Assembly: GCA_030621515.1 (NCBI GenBank)
Contig: JAUXHN010000001.1
Location: forward strand, 1 to 62,370
DNA from: Deltaproteobacteria bacterium
GTDB lineage: Bacteria > Myxococcota_A > Polyangia > JAAYKL01
Direction: 5' to 3'
Length of the DNA stretch: 62,370 nucleotides
Both the position numbers and the translations under genes were made by a program. The notes under the pieces are model-generated. The model was not told the DNA's origin. It searched no databases and was given only the letters and a program-made list of their open reading frames with translations. This document shows positions 1-8,822 of this stretch, in pieces (the stretch's first letter is position 1; each line of letters begins with the position of its first letter).

Positions 1-431
1 ATGTCTTCATCAAGGCGTTCGAGAAGGCCGGAACCGTTCGGGAGGCCGCCAGGGTGCAGGCGTGGATCACGCAGATAGCCGTGCACGCAACGTATGGCCT
101 CCTGCGCAGGCGCAAGCGAAGGTCCTGGCTTCGTCACGTGCCTATAGAGCGAGTCGAGGAGAGACCGTGCTCGCCGCCGGACTACGAGGGGCGTCAGCTG
201 CTCGAAGATGTCTTCTCTATTCTGGATACAATGCCCCCCGAGGAGAGGATTCCCTTCACACTGCGGTTCTTCGACCAGATGGATCTGGTGGAGGTCGCAA
301 AGGCCTGCAACATATCCCTGGCCACAGTGAAGCGTCGTCTCCGTTCGGCAAAGGAGACCTTTATGAAACATGCGATGAAAAATTCCCGACTGGCCGAGAG
401 GGCGAAAAAAATGATCGATGGGAGTGAATAG
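1..431 (+). CDS. ECF-type RNA polymerase sigma-70 factor (5' end cut by window edge)
   Basis: Frame 3 is open from base 3 (VFIKAFEKAGTVREAARVQAWITQIAVH..., region-2-like) and runs into listed ORF 54..431. Region-4 HTH 'LVEVAKACNISLATVKRRLRSAKETF'. Stop TAG 429-431 abuts the next ATG. Confidence 0.8.
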   Translation, partial: VFIKAFEKAGTVREAARVQAWITQIAVHATYGLLRRRKRRSWLRHVPIERVEERPCSPPDYEGRQLLEDVFSILDTMPPEERIPFTLRFFDQMDLVEVAKACNISLATVKRRLRSAKETFMKHAMKNSRLAERAKKMIDGSE

Positions 432-1727
432 ATGAGTTCCTGGGAAAAATTTGGGATGGATGTAGCCGACGCGATCGACGGGACGATTGGAAGGCGCGAT
501 CACGTTGAAGAGGTTCGCGAGCGGCTCGCGTCGTTGTCGGGCAACGCGGAGAGGCGGCGCCGTTGGCCGATTGCGGTGGCTGTTGCGGCGGTGGCGGCGT
601 CGCTGCTGATCGCAATTGGAGCAATCTGGGCGCTAGGAGGGCGTGTGGAGCCTCCGAACCCTATTACTTATAGAGTGGCGGGCGTGAATCACCATGGAGC
701 AAGCCGCGCCTGGATCTCCGCGTCTTCGAGTGAGACTGTTCCTATTGTTTTCACCGATGGATCTACCGTTGAATTGCAACCGTCGTCGGATGCTCGCGTT
801 GACAGCCTGAATGCCCACGGGGCTCGCGTGATCCTGGAGCGGGGAGGTGCGCATGTCGTTATCAGGCATAGAAGGAACACCCGATGGCTCTTCGACGTGG
901 GCCCCTACACTGTTACCGTGACAGGCACGACGTTTGATGTATCGTGGACCCCCGAAGCGGATCGATTCGAACTGGTCATGGAGGATGGAACGGTGATAGT
1001 GAGCGGCCCGCTCATAGGCTCCGGGACCGAGGTGTTGGGAGGAGAGATGCTGAGGGCGTTTCCCCGGTCCGGTCGAATGGAAAAGGTGATGCTCCTAGAT
1101 GAGCAAGGTGGCGAGACAGCGCCCGAGACCCCTGCGCCTGTGGAGGAAGGCCCCGATGATGCGAAAATCTCCCAGGTGGAGCGGGCGTCGAACAACGGCA
1201 CCTCGAATATTCCCTGGATGAAGCACTACGATGGATGGAGCATTGCCGCCAATGAAGGCAGGTACAAGGAGGCGCTGCGCATTGTCGAGACCCACGGCCT
1301 CGACAGATTCCTCGCGAGAGCAGGCGCGAAGGATCTCCTCTCGCTGGGAGATAGCGCGCGACGTATCCCCAACTGGGGTCAGGCCGAGAAGATCTATCGG
1401 ACCGTCCACGAACGCTTCGGTGGAAAGCGTCACGCCGACAGGGCTGCGTTCATGCTCGGTCGAATCGCGTTCGACGTCAGGCATGATCACGCCGGAGCCG
1501 CCCGGTGGTTCGAGCCGTTCTTGCGAAAGAGCGAGGGCGATCCGCTGAGACGAGAAGCTATCGGACGGCTGATGGAGGCTCGCGGAAAATCAGGGGATCC
1601 GGCCGGCAGCAGGGCGGCGGCATCGAAGTATCTGAAGAGCTATCCAGGCGGTCCCCATGCTTCCATGGCACGGGAGATCCTCGGCCTCGTTTCTGAACCT
1701 GTCCCTCATGCACATGGTCAACAGTAA
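432..1727 (+). CDS. FecR-like anti-sigma factor (single-pass membrane protein)
   Basis: Starts directly after the sigma stop (TAGATG). One TM helix (WPIAVAVAAVAASLLIAIGAIWAL). FecR-like signature 'GGAHVVIRH...FDVGPYTVTVTGTTFDVSW'. Helical C-terminal region. Confidence 0.7.
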   Translation: MSSWEKFGMDVADAIDGTIGRRDHVEEVRERLASLSGNAERRRRWPIAVAVAAVAASLLIAIGAIWALGGRVEPPNPITYRVAGVNHHGASRAWISASSSETVPIVFTDGSTVELQPSSDARVDSLNAHGARVILERGGAHVVIRHRRNTRWLFDVGPYTVTVTGTTFDVSWTPEADRFELVMEDGTVIVSGPLIGSGTEVLGGEMLRAFPRSGRMEKVMLLDEQGGETAPETPAPVEEGPDDAKISQVERASNNGTSNIPWMKHYDGWSIAANEGRYKEALRIVETHGLDRFLARAGAKDLLSLGDSARRIPNWGQAEKIYRTVHERFGGKRHADRAAFMLGRIAFDVRHDHAGAARWFEPFLRKSEGDPLRREAIGRLMEARGKSGDPAGSRAAASKYLKSYPGGPHASMAREILGLVSEPVPHAHGQQ

Positions 1728-2760
1728 TTACCGCCTAATAGTTGCGACTCTGTTTACCTTGCTCACGGGCTTCATGGCCGTTCCCGCAATGGGGCAAACG
1801 CCGACGCAACTGGTCGTCGTGATCTCCACGGACACCACCGACGAGATCTTCACGGCGATAGCCCAGGAACTGCGCAGCTACGGCTTCGAAGTAACGGAAT
1901 CCAGAATGACCGTCGCGGGCGGTCAGGCCATCAAACTGGAGGAGATAGCTCGAAGGGCCGGTGCTATCGCCGCGGTGCGGGTGGACACGCCGGCACAGCA
2001 CGTGGAGATCTGGGTGGCCGATCTGGTAACGGGCAAGACCGTGTCGCGGCGCCTCGGCAGCATGGGCGAGGAAGATCTCAATCCGCCGCTGATAGGGCTC
2101 GCGACCGCCGAATTGCTGCGCGCCAGCCTGCTGGAGGTCCGGACGAAACACCGGACAAAGACAACCTCAGATGCGCCCCCCAAAGCCGTGGAGACAATGA
2201 TTGATAGCGAACCGGCAGGAACGGGGCACAGTGGACTGTGGTTCGCGCTGTCGGCGGGGCCCATCCTGTCTTCGTTCGACATGGCGCCGGGAATCTCGCT
2301 GATCGGCGCCCTGCGCCTGAGGTTCGAGGGACGCTGGGCAGTCGCCCTGAGCGGATCGGCTCCGGTTTATCCATCTCGTGGGGAGTGGGCGCAGGGATCC
2401 GTGGAGGTGAATCACGGCATCTTCGGCGCAGAGGCATCACTGCTTCTGGCGCAAGGAGGCGGCCTCCGCAGTGTGAGATGGGACATCGGTCTCGGGGCTT
2501 CCCTGGTCGTGGTGAAGTCCGTCGGAAGAGCCGAAAGAGGATACATCGACCGGGAGAACTCCACGGTTACGGGGCTCCCCCATCTTCGCACCGGCCTTTC
2601 GTTCGCGCTCACGGACTACCTGGATCTGCGCGCCGATCTGACAGGCGGCCCCACGTTTCACAAGATCGCTGTTGCAATTGATAACCGCGAAGTAACATCA
2701 ATGGGTTCCTTTTTTGTGCTCGCGATCGGCCTCGACATTCGGCTCCTGGAACTCCTGTGA
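1708..2760 (+). CDS. Secreted protein with putative outer-membrane beta-barrel C-terminal half
   Basis: Internal ATG of ORF 1657..2760 gives the signal peptide MHMVNSNYRLIVATLFTLLTGFMAVPAMGQ. The C-terminal half has alternating hydrophobic/Gly-rich strands (GLWFALSAGP..., GISLIGALRLRF..., GLSFALTDYLDLRADL). Start and family are uncertain. Confidence 0.45.
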   Translation: MHMVNSNYRLIVATLFTLLTGFMAVPAMGQTPTQLVVVISTDTTDEIFTAIAQELRSYGFEVTESRMTVAGGQAIKLEEIARRAGAIAAVRVDTPAQHVEIWVADLVTGKTVSRRLGSMGEEDLNPPLIGLATAELLRASLLEVRTKHRTKTTSDAPPKAVETMIDSEPAGTGHSGLWFALSAGPILSSFDMAPGISLIGALRLRFEGRWAVALSGSAPVYPSRGEWAQGSVEVNHGIFGAEASLLLAQGGGLRSVRWDIGLGASLVVVKSVGRAERGYIDRENSTVTGLPHLRTGLSFALTDYLDLRADLTGGPTFHKIAVAIDNREVTSMGSFFVLAIGLDIRLLELL

Positions 2761-2839
2761 GCCGCGAAAATGACTTGCGGCATCACAATAGGTGACACGC
2801 TGAATAACTGGCGACCTTGCGGGGAAAGGAACATTTAGA

Positions 2840-4297
2840 ATGCATTCAAAAAGGACCTTTATAGCAACAGGGGCGTTGATAGCGCTGCTCGCGCAGGCTG
2901 GATGCGCGGATACCCACAACGCGATCGGATCGGACGACTCGGGCGCGGACACCGACGCGGACACTGATACCGACACGGACTCGGACACCGACGCGGACAC
3001 TGATACCGACACGGACACTGATACCGACACGGATTCGGACACCGATACGGATACCGGGGACGCGGGACCGTGCAACCTGGTGTGCGGCGCTGTGGCCGAG
3101 CCGGCGCCGGACGTCGGTGCCGCCTCTTTCGCTCCACCGGGCTGCGCGGGCGGCGACTTCGTCTACTCCTGGGGATACGAACTGATCGACAACGCCGGCA
3201 AGTCCGTGCCGGTACTGGTGGACATGAACGATGACGGCGACCTGGACATCGTCATCGATTCGCGCCTGTGCGACAGCGTGCAGGTATTCCCTGGAAACGG
3301 GGACGGTACCTTCGGAACGCCTGTGCTGCTGCCCATCTCCGGCGGATCCGTCGGTGGATGGGGCGGCGACGTGGGCGACTTCAACGGCGACAATGTACCC
3401 GATGTTGTAGTCGGTGATCACACGTGCGGGGCAAACGCATGGGTCAACAACGGCGGGTTCTCGTTCTCACTGTCGTCGAACGGATTGCCGGCCTCGAACT
3501 ATTTTCAGGGCGCCGGGCTGGGAGATCTGGACGGTGACGGCTACCTGGACGCGGTTTTCGGGGCCGACCAATTCCAATCCGGCTACGTGGTGCGCCACGC
3601 CGATGGAAGCGGCGACTGGTCGGACAACGCCGTGACCGGTTTTCCGGCGCACGGCCCTCTCGGACCACCCGGTGGAACAGGAGTCCCCACCAATATCGGA
3701 TGGATAAACGTCGCTGACCTGGATGGCGATTCGGATCTGGACGTGGTGGGGTTCGGACAGTACGAGGACAGCAACATCATCGGCCAGGTCTTCCTGAACA
3801 ACGGCAACGGGGTGGACTTCACCCATTCCGTCAGCGATGACTTGCTGTCTACCGCTGGTGAATGGATCGGCGGGCCGTTGCAGGGTTCCATCGGCGACGT
3901 GGATTGCGACGGGAACCTCGACATCGCCGTCGCCGGCACCATCTTTATGGGGACGGGAAGCTCCTGGAGCGTCGGCGGAACCGTGGATGCGAGCGACGTC
4001 GCTCAGCTGGGAGATCTGGACGGCGACGGCTTCCTGGATTTCGTCACTCACCATAACGATCACGGGCTGCGCTCATATATCAATGACGGAACCGGGGGGT
4101 TCACGTGGACGTATCTGGGCCTGCCCGACGGCGCATGGATCAACCCGCTTGTGCCGGTTGGATATTCCATGTCGAACGCCTACGGGATCGATCTGGTCGA
4201 CCTGGATGACAACGGTGTCCTGGACGTTGTTCGAACGCTGCAATTCAAGCTTTCCAGCAGCGCATCATCCACCGTCATCGAAGTCTGGACGCGGTAG
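2840..4297 (+). CDS. FG-GAP/VCBS-repeat lipoprotein with (Asp-Thr)n linker
   Basis: Lipoprotein signal (LIALLAQAGC) followed by the DTDADTDTDTDSDTD... linker. Repeated Ca-binding FG-GAP-like motifs: DMNDDGDLDIVI, DFNGDNVPDVVVGD, DLDGDGYLDAVFG, DLDGDSDLDVVGF, DVDCDGNLDIAVAG, DLDGDGFLDFVT, DLDDNGVLDVV. Confidence 0.7.
   Translation: MHSKRTFIATGALIALLAQAGCADTHNAIGSDDSGADTDADTDTDTDSDTDADTDTDTDTDTDTDSDTDTDTGDAGPCNLVCGAVAEPAPDVGAASFAPPGCAGGDFVYSWGYELIDNAGKSVPVLVDMNDDGDLDIVIDSRLCDSVQVFPGNGDGTFGTPVLLPISGGSVGGWGGDVGDFNGDNVPDVVVGDHTCGANAWVNNGGFSFSLSSNGLPASNYFQGAGLGDLDGDGYLDAVFGADQFQSGYVVRHADGSGDWSDNAVTGFPAHGPLGPPGGTGVPTNIGWINVADLDGDSDLDVVGFGQYEDSNIIGQVFLNNGNGVDFTHSVSDDLLSTAGEWIGGPLQGSIGDVDCDGNLDIAVAGTIFMGTGSSWSVGGTVDASDVAQLGDLDGDGFLDFVTHHNDHGLRSYINDGTGGFTWTYLGLPDGAWINPLVPVGYSMSNAYGIDLVDLDDNGVLDVVRTLQFKLSSSASSTVIEVWTR
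2944..3057 (+). repeat. Coding tandem repeat GAC-ACN/GAY-NCN encoding (Asp-Thr/Ala/Ser)n
   Basis: The unit gacaccgacgcggacactgataccgacacggac occurs twice, starting at 2949 and 2991 (42-nt period), with further 6-nt sub-repeats. Encodes ADTDADTDTDTDSDTDADTDTDTDTDTDSDTDTDT. Confidence 0.85.
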
Positions 4298-4308
4298 GAG
4301 TGTTAACA

Positions 4309-5964
4309 ATGAGATTTTTTATTACCAGAATTGTCATCATCGGTTTGCACGCTCTGCTACTGGCGCCTCTGAGTCTGGCGATGTCCTGCTCCGAAAAGCA
4401 GGTCCGACCCGGCGACGGCAACGACACTGATACCGGCTCCGATACGGACACCGATATCGACACGGATACCGATACGAACACCGACATCGACACGGATACC
4501 GAAGAGCCGATGATCCCCGAGACCTGCGAGGACGCAGCCGCTGCCATGACCTCGGTGGGGTGCGACTTCTTCATGGCCGATCTGGACAATCACACTCCGA
4601 GCGATCCCTCCACCTACGCGGTGGTCGTCTCGAACCCTCACGAGGATCAGAGCGCCAACGTAAGCGTTTACACCGGCGAGGGGGCATCCATATACAACGT
4701 CAACCTGGCGGCGGGCGCCCTCCAGGTGATCGAAGTCACCTGCTCGGGCTCGTGCCTGGAGCAGCCCGCGCAGATCGAGGAGCAGGGCATCAAGATCGGC
4801 GCAGGCTTCAGGCTCACTTCGGACGTGCCGGTCCTTGCGTACCAGTGGAACCCATATGGTTGGGATCTGTACAGCACCGACGCGTCCCTGCTCATCCCGG
4901 TGACCAGTCTGGACGGTACATACATAGTGGCTGCGTGGGGTTACGGACCGTGGATTGAAGTTTCGGGTCTCAGTTCCCAGGTTACGGTGGTCGCCACGGA
5001 GGACGACACGACCATAAAGTTCATCCCCGCGACGGACGTCCCGTCTCTCAACGGAGTGGGCCCCATTGCGGCAGGCGTGGAATCGGAGGCCTATCAACTT
5101 GACGCCTACGACGTGATCGCGATCCGCGCGGTTGCCGTCAACGCGGACCTCACCGGCACCGTGGTGCAGGCTGACAAACCGGTCGTCGTGTTCGGCGGCC
5201 ACGGGTGCGCCAATGTGCCCGACAACACATACCAGGCTTGCGATCACGTCGAGGAGCAGATACTGCCGCTTGCGGCGTGGGGCACAAAGACCATTCTGGC
5301 CCGGCCCGCACCGCGCGGCGGCTGCTCGGCCGAAGCGGATCAGGTACTGTGGCGGATCATCGCCGGTGTGGACGACATGACCGTCACTTTCGATCCTCCG
5401 GCACCGAGCCCGGTCGGCGCCCAGTACTCATTTTCACAGCAGGGAGAGTTGCTCGAGTTTTTGAGCGGCACGGATCACTACGTGGAGGGAACGCTCGACG
5501 ATCCACCTGACCCGACCGAACCCGAGGCGCCGTTCTTCGCCTACCAGATGATGACCGGCGAAGAGTATGCGGCCTGCGGCGGCGGCGAAGGCGACCCGAT
5601 GATGCTCCAGTCTCCCCCCGCCGGGCAGTTCCTCGACCGCTACGTGTTCAACACGGACAACGTTTTTGATTTCACTTACGACCAGATCATCGTGGTTCGA
5701 CAGGTCGACACCGAGGTGACCCTCGACTGCGTGGGGTTGATCCCGGACAGCTTCTTCTCCCCCGTGGGAAGCTCTGAATGGCAGGTGGGGCGCATCTTCA
5801 TCGACGACCCCGCAAGCTCCATGGGATGTCTGGACGGCGCTCACCTTCTCACCGCCACCGCCCCGGTAGGACTCTCGGTGGTCGGCACGTCCTCCTGCAA
5901 TTCTTACGGATACCTGGGCGGCGTGGGCGTCCGCGCGATCAACCCCACCCCCATCATCGAGTAG
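4309..5964 (+). CDS. Lipoprotein with (Asp-Thr)n linker and IgGFc-binding-protein-N-terminal-like domain
   Basis: AGGAG at 4296-4300, 8 nt before ATG 4309. Signal plus lipobox (LSLAMSC), then the DTDTGSDTDTDIDTDTDTNTDIDTDT linker. The body recalls the IgGFc_binding domain: 'VVATEDDTTIKFIP', 'DLTGTVVQADKPVVVFGGHGCANVP...ACDHVEEQILPLAAWG'. Family call is from memory only. Confidence 0.5.
   Translation: MRFFITRIVIIGLHALLLAPLSLAMSCSEKQVRPGDGNDTDTGSDTDTDIDTDTDTNTDIDTDTEEPMIPETCEDAAAAMTSVGCDFFMADLDNHTPSDPSTYAVVVSNPHEDQSANVSVYTGEGASIYNVNLAAGALQVIEVTCSGSCLEQPAQIEEQGIKIGAGFRLTSDVPVLAYQWNPYGWDLYSTDASLLIPVTSLDGTYIVAAWGYGPWIEVSGLSSQVTVVATEDDTTIKFIPATDVPSLNGVGPIAAGVESEAYQLDAYDVIAIRAVAVNADLTGTVVQADKPVVVFGGHGCANVPDNTYQACDHVEEQILPLAAWGTKTILARPAPRGGCSAEADQVLWRIIAGVDDMTVTFDPPAPSPVGAQYSFSQQGELLEFLSGTDHYVEGTLDDPPDPTEPEAPFFAYQMMTGEEYAACGGGEGDPMMLQSPPAGQFLDRYVFNTDNVFDFTYDQIIVVRQVDTEVTLDCVGLIPDSFFSPVGSSEWQVGRIFIDDPASSMGCLDGAHLLTATAPVGLSVVGTSSCNSYGYLGGVGVRAINPTPIIE
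4423..4500 (+). repeat. Coding tandem repeat encoding (Asp-Thr/Ile/Asn)n
   Basis: gacactgataccggctccgatacggacaccgatatcgacacggataccgatacgaacaccgacatcgacacggatacc. Same repeat type as 2944-3057 in the adjacent gene. Confidence 0.85.
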
Positions 5965-6218
5965 CGTGGCATTCGGCCCCGTATTTCCTTACGATTTTCG
6001 TGAATTCGGCCTGCGAAAGAAACTTTAGTAGTTGACTGAAGATGCTCGCTGTTCGTGGTATCATCGTTTCGTTCTCTTTTAATTTTCAGCAATGGCATTT
6101 TGCCATGCTCAACTGAAAAGTTGTTTCGAGCAGGAGTAAAAAAAAACGGTGAGCTTTGAAATCGCTTTGTTGCATTATAAGAAAAGACGCGCGTAAAAGC
6201 GCCTGCGTTCCTGAAGAA

Positions 6219-6261
6219 GTTCCCGGATTTGCTGCGTCGAGGCGCCTGTCCGGCAGGACAC
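6219..6261 (+). repeat. 43-nt intergenic element, copy A
   Basis: gttcccggatttgctgcgtcgaggcgcctgtccggcaggacac matches 9121-9163 at 37 of 43 ungapped positions. Contains CCGGA-N21-TCCGG. Ends 119 nt upstream of the pseudokinase ATG. Confidence 0.6.
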
Positions 6262-6379
6262 GAAGACGACGACGAAGGACCGACAGGGCCAGTTCGAGGA
6301 GGAATATCGCAGCCGGGCGGGATAGGTCGGTAGTGCAAAATAATTAAAAATTTTTCGCGATTAATAATAACGGCACTTG

Positions 6380-8041
6380 ATGACAGGGGTACCAATGATT
6401 ACGAAAAGCAGGATCGCGAAGTCAAGCACGCCTGCAGACAAGTCATCCTTGCCAGATGTCACACACACACTGAAGAAAGGAATGATACTCGCTGAAACCT
6501 TCAAGATAAAACGACTGTACGGTCAGACACCGGCCGGAAATATCTATCTGGCCGAAAATGTAAAAAGAAACGATCAAAAAGTCGCGATTCTGGCCATCGC
6601 AAACGGCGTAAAAATCACGTTTTCCAAGAAGAGCTTACCCAATACCCCGAACATCTCCCAGCCCAGATTGCTGGTTTCAGGCAATGGTATCGCCAGATAC
6701 ATCATTACAAAACTTCCGATCGGCAAACCCATCAGGAGTTACAAGAGGGTATCTCTGCCCCCCAACCTTGCAACCTCCGCCATTCTCCAACTTCTTTCGA
6801 ATGTCTCCGCCATCCACCAGACCGGCGCTTACCACGGTAACATTTGCCCGGAGACTGTCTCCATACACAGAGGCATCGGCAATCAACCGGAAGCCCATTT
6901 GCTCTATCACGGCGCCGTCAGCCACATCTCCTTTCCCAGAATGACACACTTCTTGGCGCCGGAACAGATTCTTGGCGAGGGAAAGATAGACGGTCGTGAG
7001 GATTTCTGGGCGATCGGTGTTGTGCTCTACCATCTTCTTTACGAAAAGTTGCCCTTCGACGGAAACAGCAATGACGAAATCTCCGGCAAGATCATTCTCA
7101 AAGAACCCCAATTCCCGGCAGTGAAAGACATTCCGCCGGAACTCATTGCGGTGATGAAGAAGGCTCTCGAAAAGGATCCGGAAGATCGATATCAAAACAT
7201 AACAAACATGACCGTCGATCTTTTGTCGGTGCACGAACTGTACGAAGAAACAATTGTAGAACGGGTTGCGGATGCTCCTCATAAACCCATTCAAACACCC
7301 TCTCCTCCTCTCTCGCCGAGTCCCATCGGACCAGCCTCCCGAAGAAGGAAAAGGACGTCAACGAAACTCGGCATACCGATACCTCCCATTGTCAAACCAC
7401 AAACAGTATTCCCCCAAAGTAACGTCATTACCCAAAAGATACAGACAAATTGTCTTTTACCCCAGAACGTACAGAGTGAAGCGCTGCCCAGGCAGGACCA
7501 AGTGGAAGCGATCGAAAACCAGCGCATCGAGAAACACCGCGATCAGAAAGGAATCCTTGCGCCATCTGTCGTTGCTTCACCGACATCGATTGTTGTAGTC
7601 GGCATCATACTGTTGATCCCGCTGCTATTCGTCCTCGCAATAACGACACCCGGCCACGAAGGGGGATCAATGACATCGGCCACGGCCGGATCATTCGCCG
7701 ATGAAGACAATCCGGGAATGCTCATGACTATAGTGAGCGACAGGCCCGACATAGCGCCCCAAGAGGCCCCAACCCACGGCTCTCAAGACACAACCGTCAT
7801 CGATTCCAATCCCGAAAAAGAAACATTTGATGGACCACATTCGACGCCACCATCATCTGACGTTGACGGACGAGAGGTCTGGGTTTCGTCTGGAAAGGAA
7901 CTTGAAAAGGCCGCGCCCTATAAGAAAATTCGCCCCAATAAAAAGCCGCAGATGAAAAAGCGAAAAATGAGACGACGAACGAGACGGAAAAAAAGAAAAA
8001 AAACAATCCATCAATGGGCCACGAATCCCTTCGGAGACTAA
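6380..8041 (+). CDS. Membrane-anchored Ser/Thr protein kinase homologue lacking catalytic residues (predicted pseudokinase)
   Basis: Kinase-fold landmarks are kept: 'FLAPEQILGEG', 'DFWAIGVVLYHLLYEKLPF', 'ALEKDPEDRYQNI'. Catalytic positions are replaced: VAIK becomes 'VAILAI', HRDxKPxN becomes 'YHGNICPETV', DFG becomes 'YHGAV'. One TM helix (IVVVGIILLIPLLFVLAITT). Lys/Arg-rich tail KKPQMKKRKMRRRTRRKKRKK. Alternative start ATG 6395. Confidence 0.75.
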   Translation: MTGVPMITKSRIAKSSTPADKSSLPDVTHTLKKGMILAETFKIKRLYGQTPAGNIYLAENVKRNDQKVAILAIANGVKITFSKKSLPNTPNISQPRLLVSGNGIARYIITKLPIGKPIRSYKRVSLPPNLATSAILQLLSNVSAIHQTGAYHGNICPETVSIHRGIGNQPEAHLLYHGAVSHISFPRMTHFLAPEQILGEGKIDGREDFWAIGVVLYHLLYEKLPFDGNSNDEISGKIILKEPQFPAVKDIPPELIAVMKKALEKDPEDRYQNITNMTVDLLSVHELYEETIVERVADAPHKPIQTPSPPLSPSPIGPASRRRKRTSTKLGIPIPPIVKPQTVFPQSNVITQKIQTNCLLPQNVQSEALPRQDQVEAIENQRIEKHRDQKGILAPSVVASPTSIVVVGIILLIPLLFVLAITTPGHEGGSMTSATAGSFADEDNPGMLMTIVSDRPDIAPQEAPTHGSQDTTVIDSNPEKETFDGPHSTPPSSDVDGREVWVSSGKELEKAAPYKKIRPNKKPQMKKRKMRRRTRRKKRKKTIHQWATNPFGD

Positions 8042-8042
8042 C

Positions 8043-8822
8043 TTGATCCTGAGAACCTTGATTGTCTTCTTTGTGCTTTCGTTTTTCCCCGTTGGCGCGT
8101 GGGCGAAGAATGGCGAAACCTGCCCCGCCCTTCCTGCAACTGAGAAACAGGCGAAGCGCATGGCAGGACATTGGTTCACAACAGGCGACAAGGCCATCAA
8201 GAAGGAACGCTACAAGAAGGCGCTCAAGTCTTTCCTCTGCTCCCTGAAAATGGTTGCGCACGAGAACACGTTCTTCAACATCTCGCAGTTGGTCGACTTG
8301 ATGAAGAGCAAGAAGACTGCCCATCGGCTACTGTCCCAATTCCTGGAAGACAACCCCGATCATGCGCTATCCGAGGACATCAAAGAACTTATTTCCTCGA
8401 TTGAACGATCAGAGAATATAACAGAGCCGTTCGTGGAGCCGGTCGTGGAGCCGGTCGTGGTGCCGGTCATCGAACCAGAGAAAACCCCCGATATACTCAA
8501 CTTGAAGATACCGGCTTTCTTTCTCTTCGGGACAAGCGCAGCGATCCTTGCCGGCTCAATCGTGCTCCATGTAAACACACTCTCGGCACAAACCAGTGCG
8601 GAGGACGCCGTTTCGCACGATGCCTTCACCGATCGCGATGAAGCAATGAAACACCTACAGATGGCAGTCATATTCGGATATTCGGCGACAGGTCTCGTCG
8701 CAGTAACAGGCATTTACCTGCTCTGGCTGAACAGAAAACAGAAATCCTCCGAGAAGAGAAGGCTGAAGCTGAGCATCACCCCCGGGGGGCCGTCGGGTAT
8801 CCTGATCAATGGTTGGTTCTGA
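8043..8822 (+). CDS. Secreted/membrane protein, hypothetical (helical N-domain, VEPV repeats, two TM helices)
   Basis: TTG start 1 nt after the kinase stop. Signal peptide MILRTLIVFFVLSFFPVGAWA. 'EPFVEPVVEPVVVPVIEPE' linker. TM segments FFLFGTSAAILAGSIVL and VIFGYSATGLVAVTGIYLLWL. Confidence 0.5.
   Translation: MILRTLIVFFVLSFFPVGAWAKNGETCPALPATEKQAKRMAGHWFTTGDKAIKKERYKKALKSFLCSLKMVAHENTFFNISQLVDLMKSKKTAHRLLSQFLEDNPDHALSEDIKELISSIERSENITEPFVEPVVEPVVVPVIEPEKTPDILNLKIPAFFLFGTSAAILAGSIVLHVNTLSAQTSAEDAVSHDAFTDRDEAMKHLQMAVIFGYSATGLVAVTGIYLLWLNRKQKSSEKRRLKLSITPGGPSGILINGWF

Noticed and set aside
2698-3075. Minus-strand ORFs rich in 'SVSVSV' / 'RVGIRV' repeats (2698..3075, 2846..3421, 2859..3137; likewise 4275..4589 and 4357..5247)
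   Set aside because: They are the antisense and alternate-frame readings of the (GAC-ACN)n Asp-Thr coding repeats inside two well-supported plus-strand lipoprotein genes. Their composition is non-coding-like.
2944-4500. CRISPR-like array
   Set aside because: The repeat period is 6 or 42 nt with no unique spacers, and the arrays lie in frame inside coding sequences. No cas genes are present in the window.
6219-6261. Sigma-54 (-24/-12) or ECF (-35 GGAAC / -10 CGTC) promoter inside the 43-nt repeat; likewise 'ttgccttcggatttgca' at 61126-61142
   Set aside because: The GG/GC spacing does not fit TGGCAC-N5-TTGC, because the invariant GG is missing or offset by 1 nt. The GTTCC-to-CGTC spacing of ~10 nt is too short for an ECF promoter.
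6156-6347. 63-aa ORF, and the TTG start at 9131, both reading through the 43-nt repeat ('AASRRLSGRT' / 'MRRRGARPVRH')
   Set aside because: The two copies are read in different frames with Arg-rich output. The conservation is at nucleotide level, so the element is non-coding.
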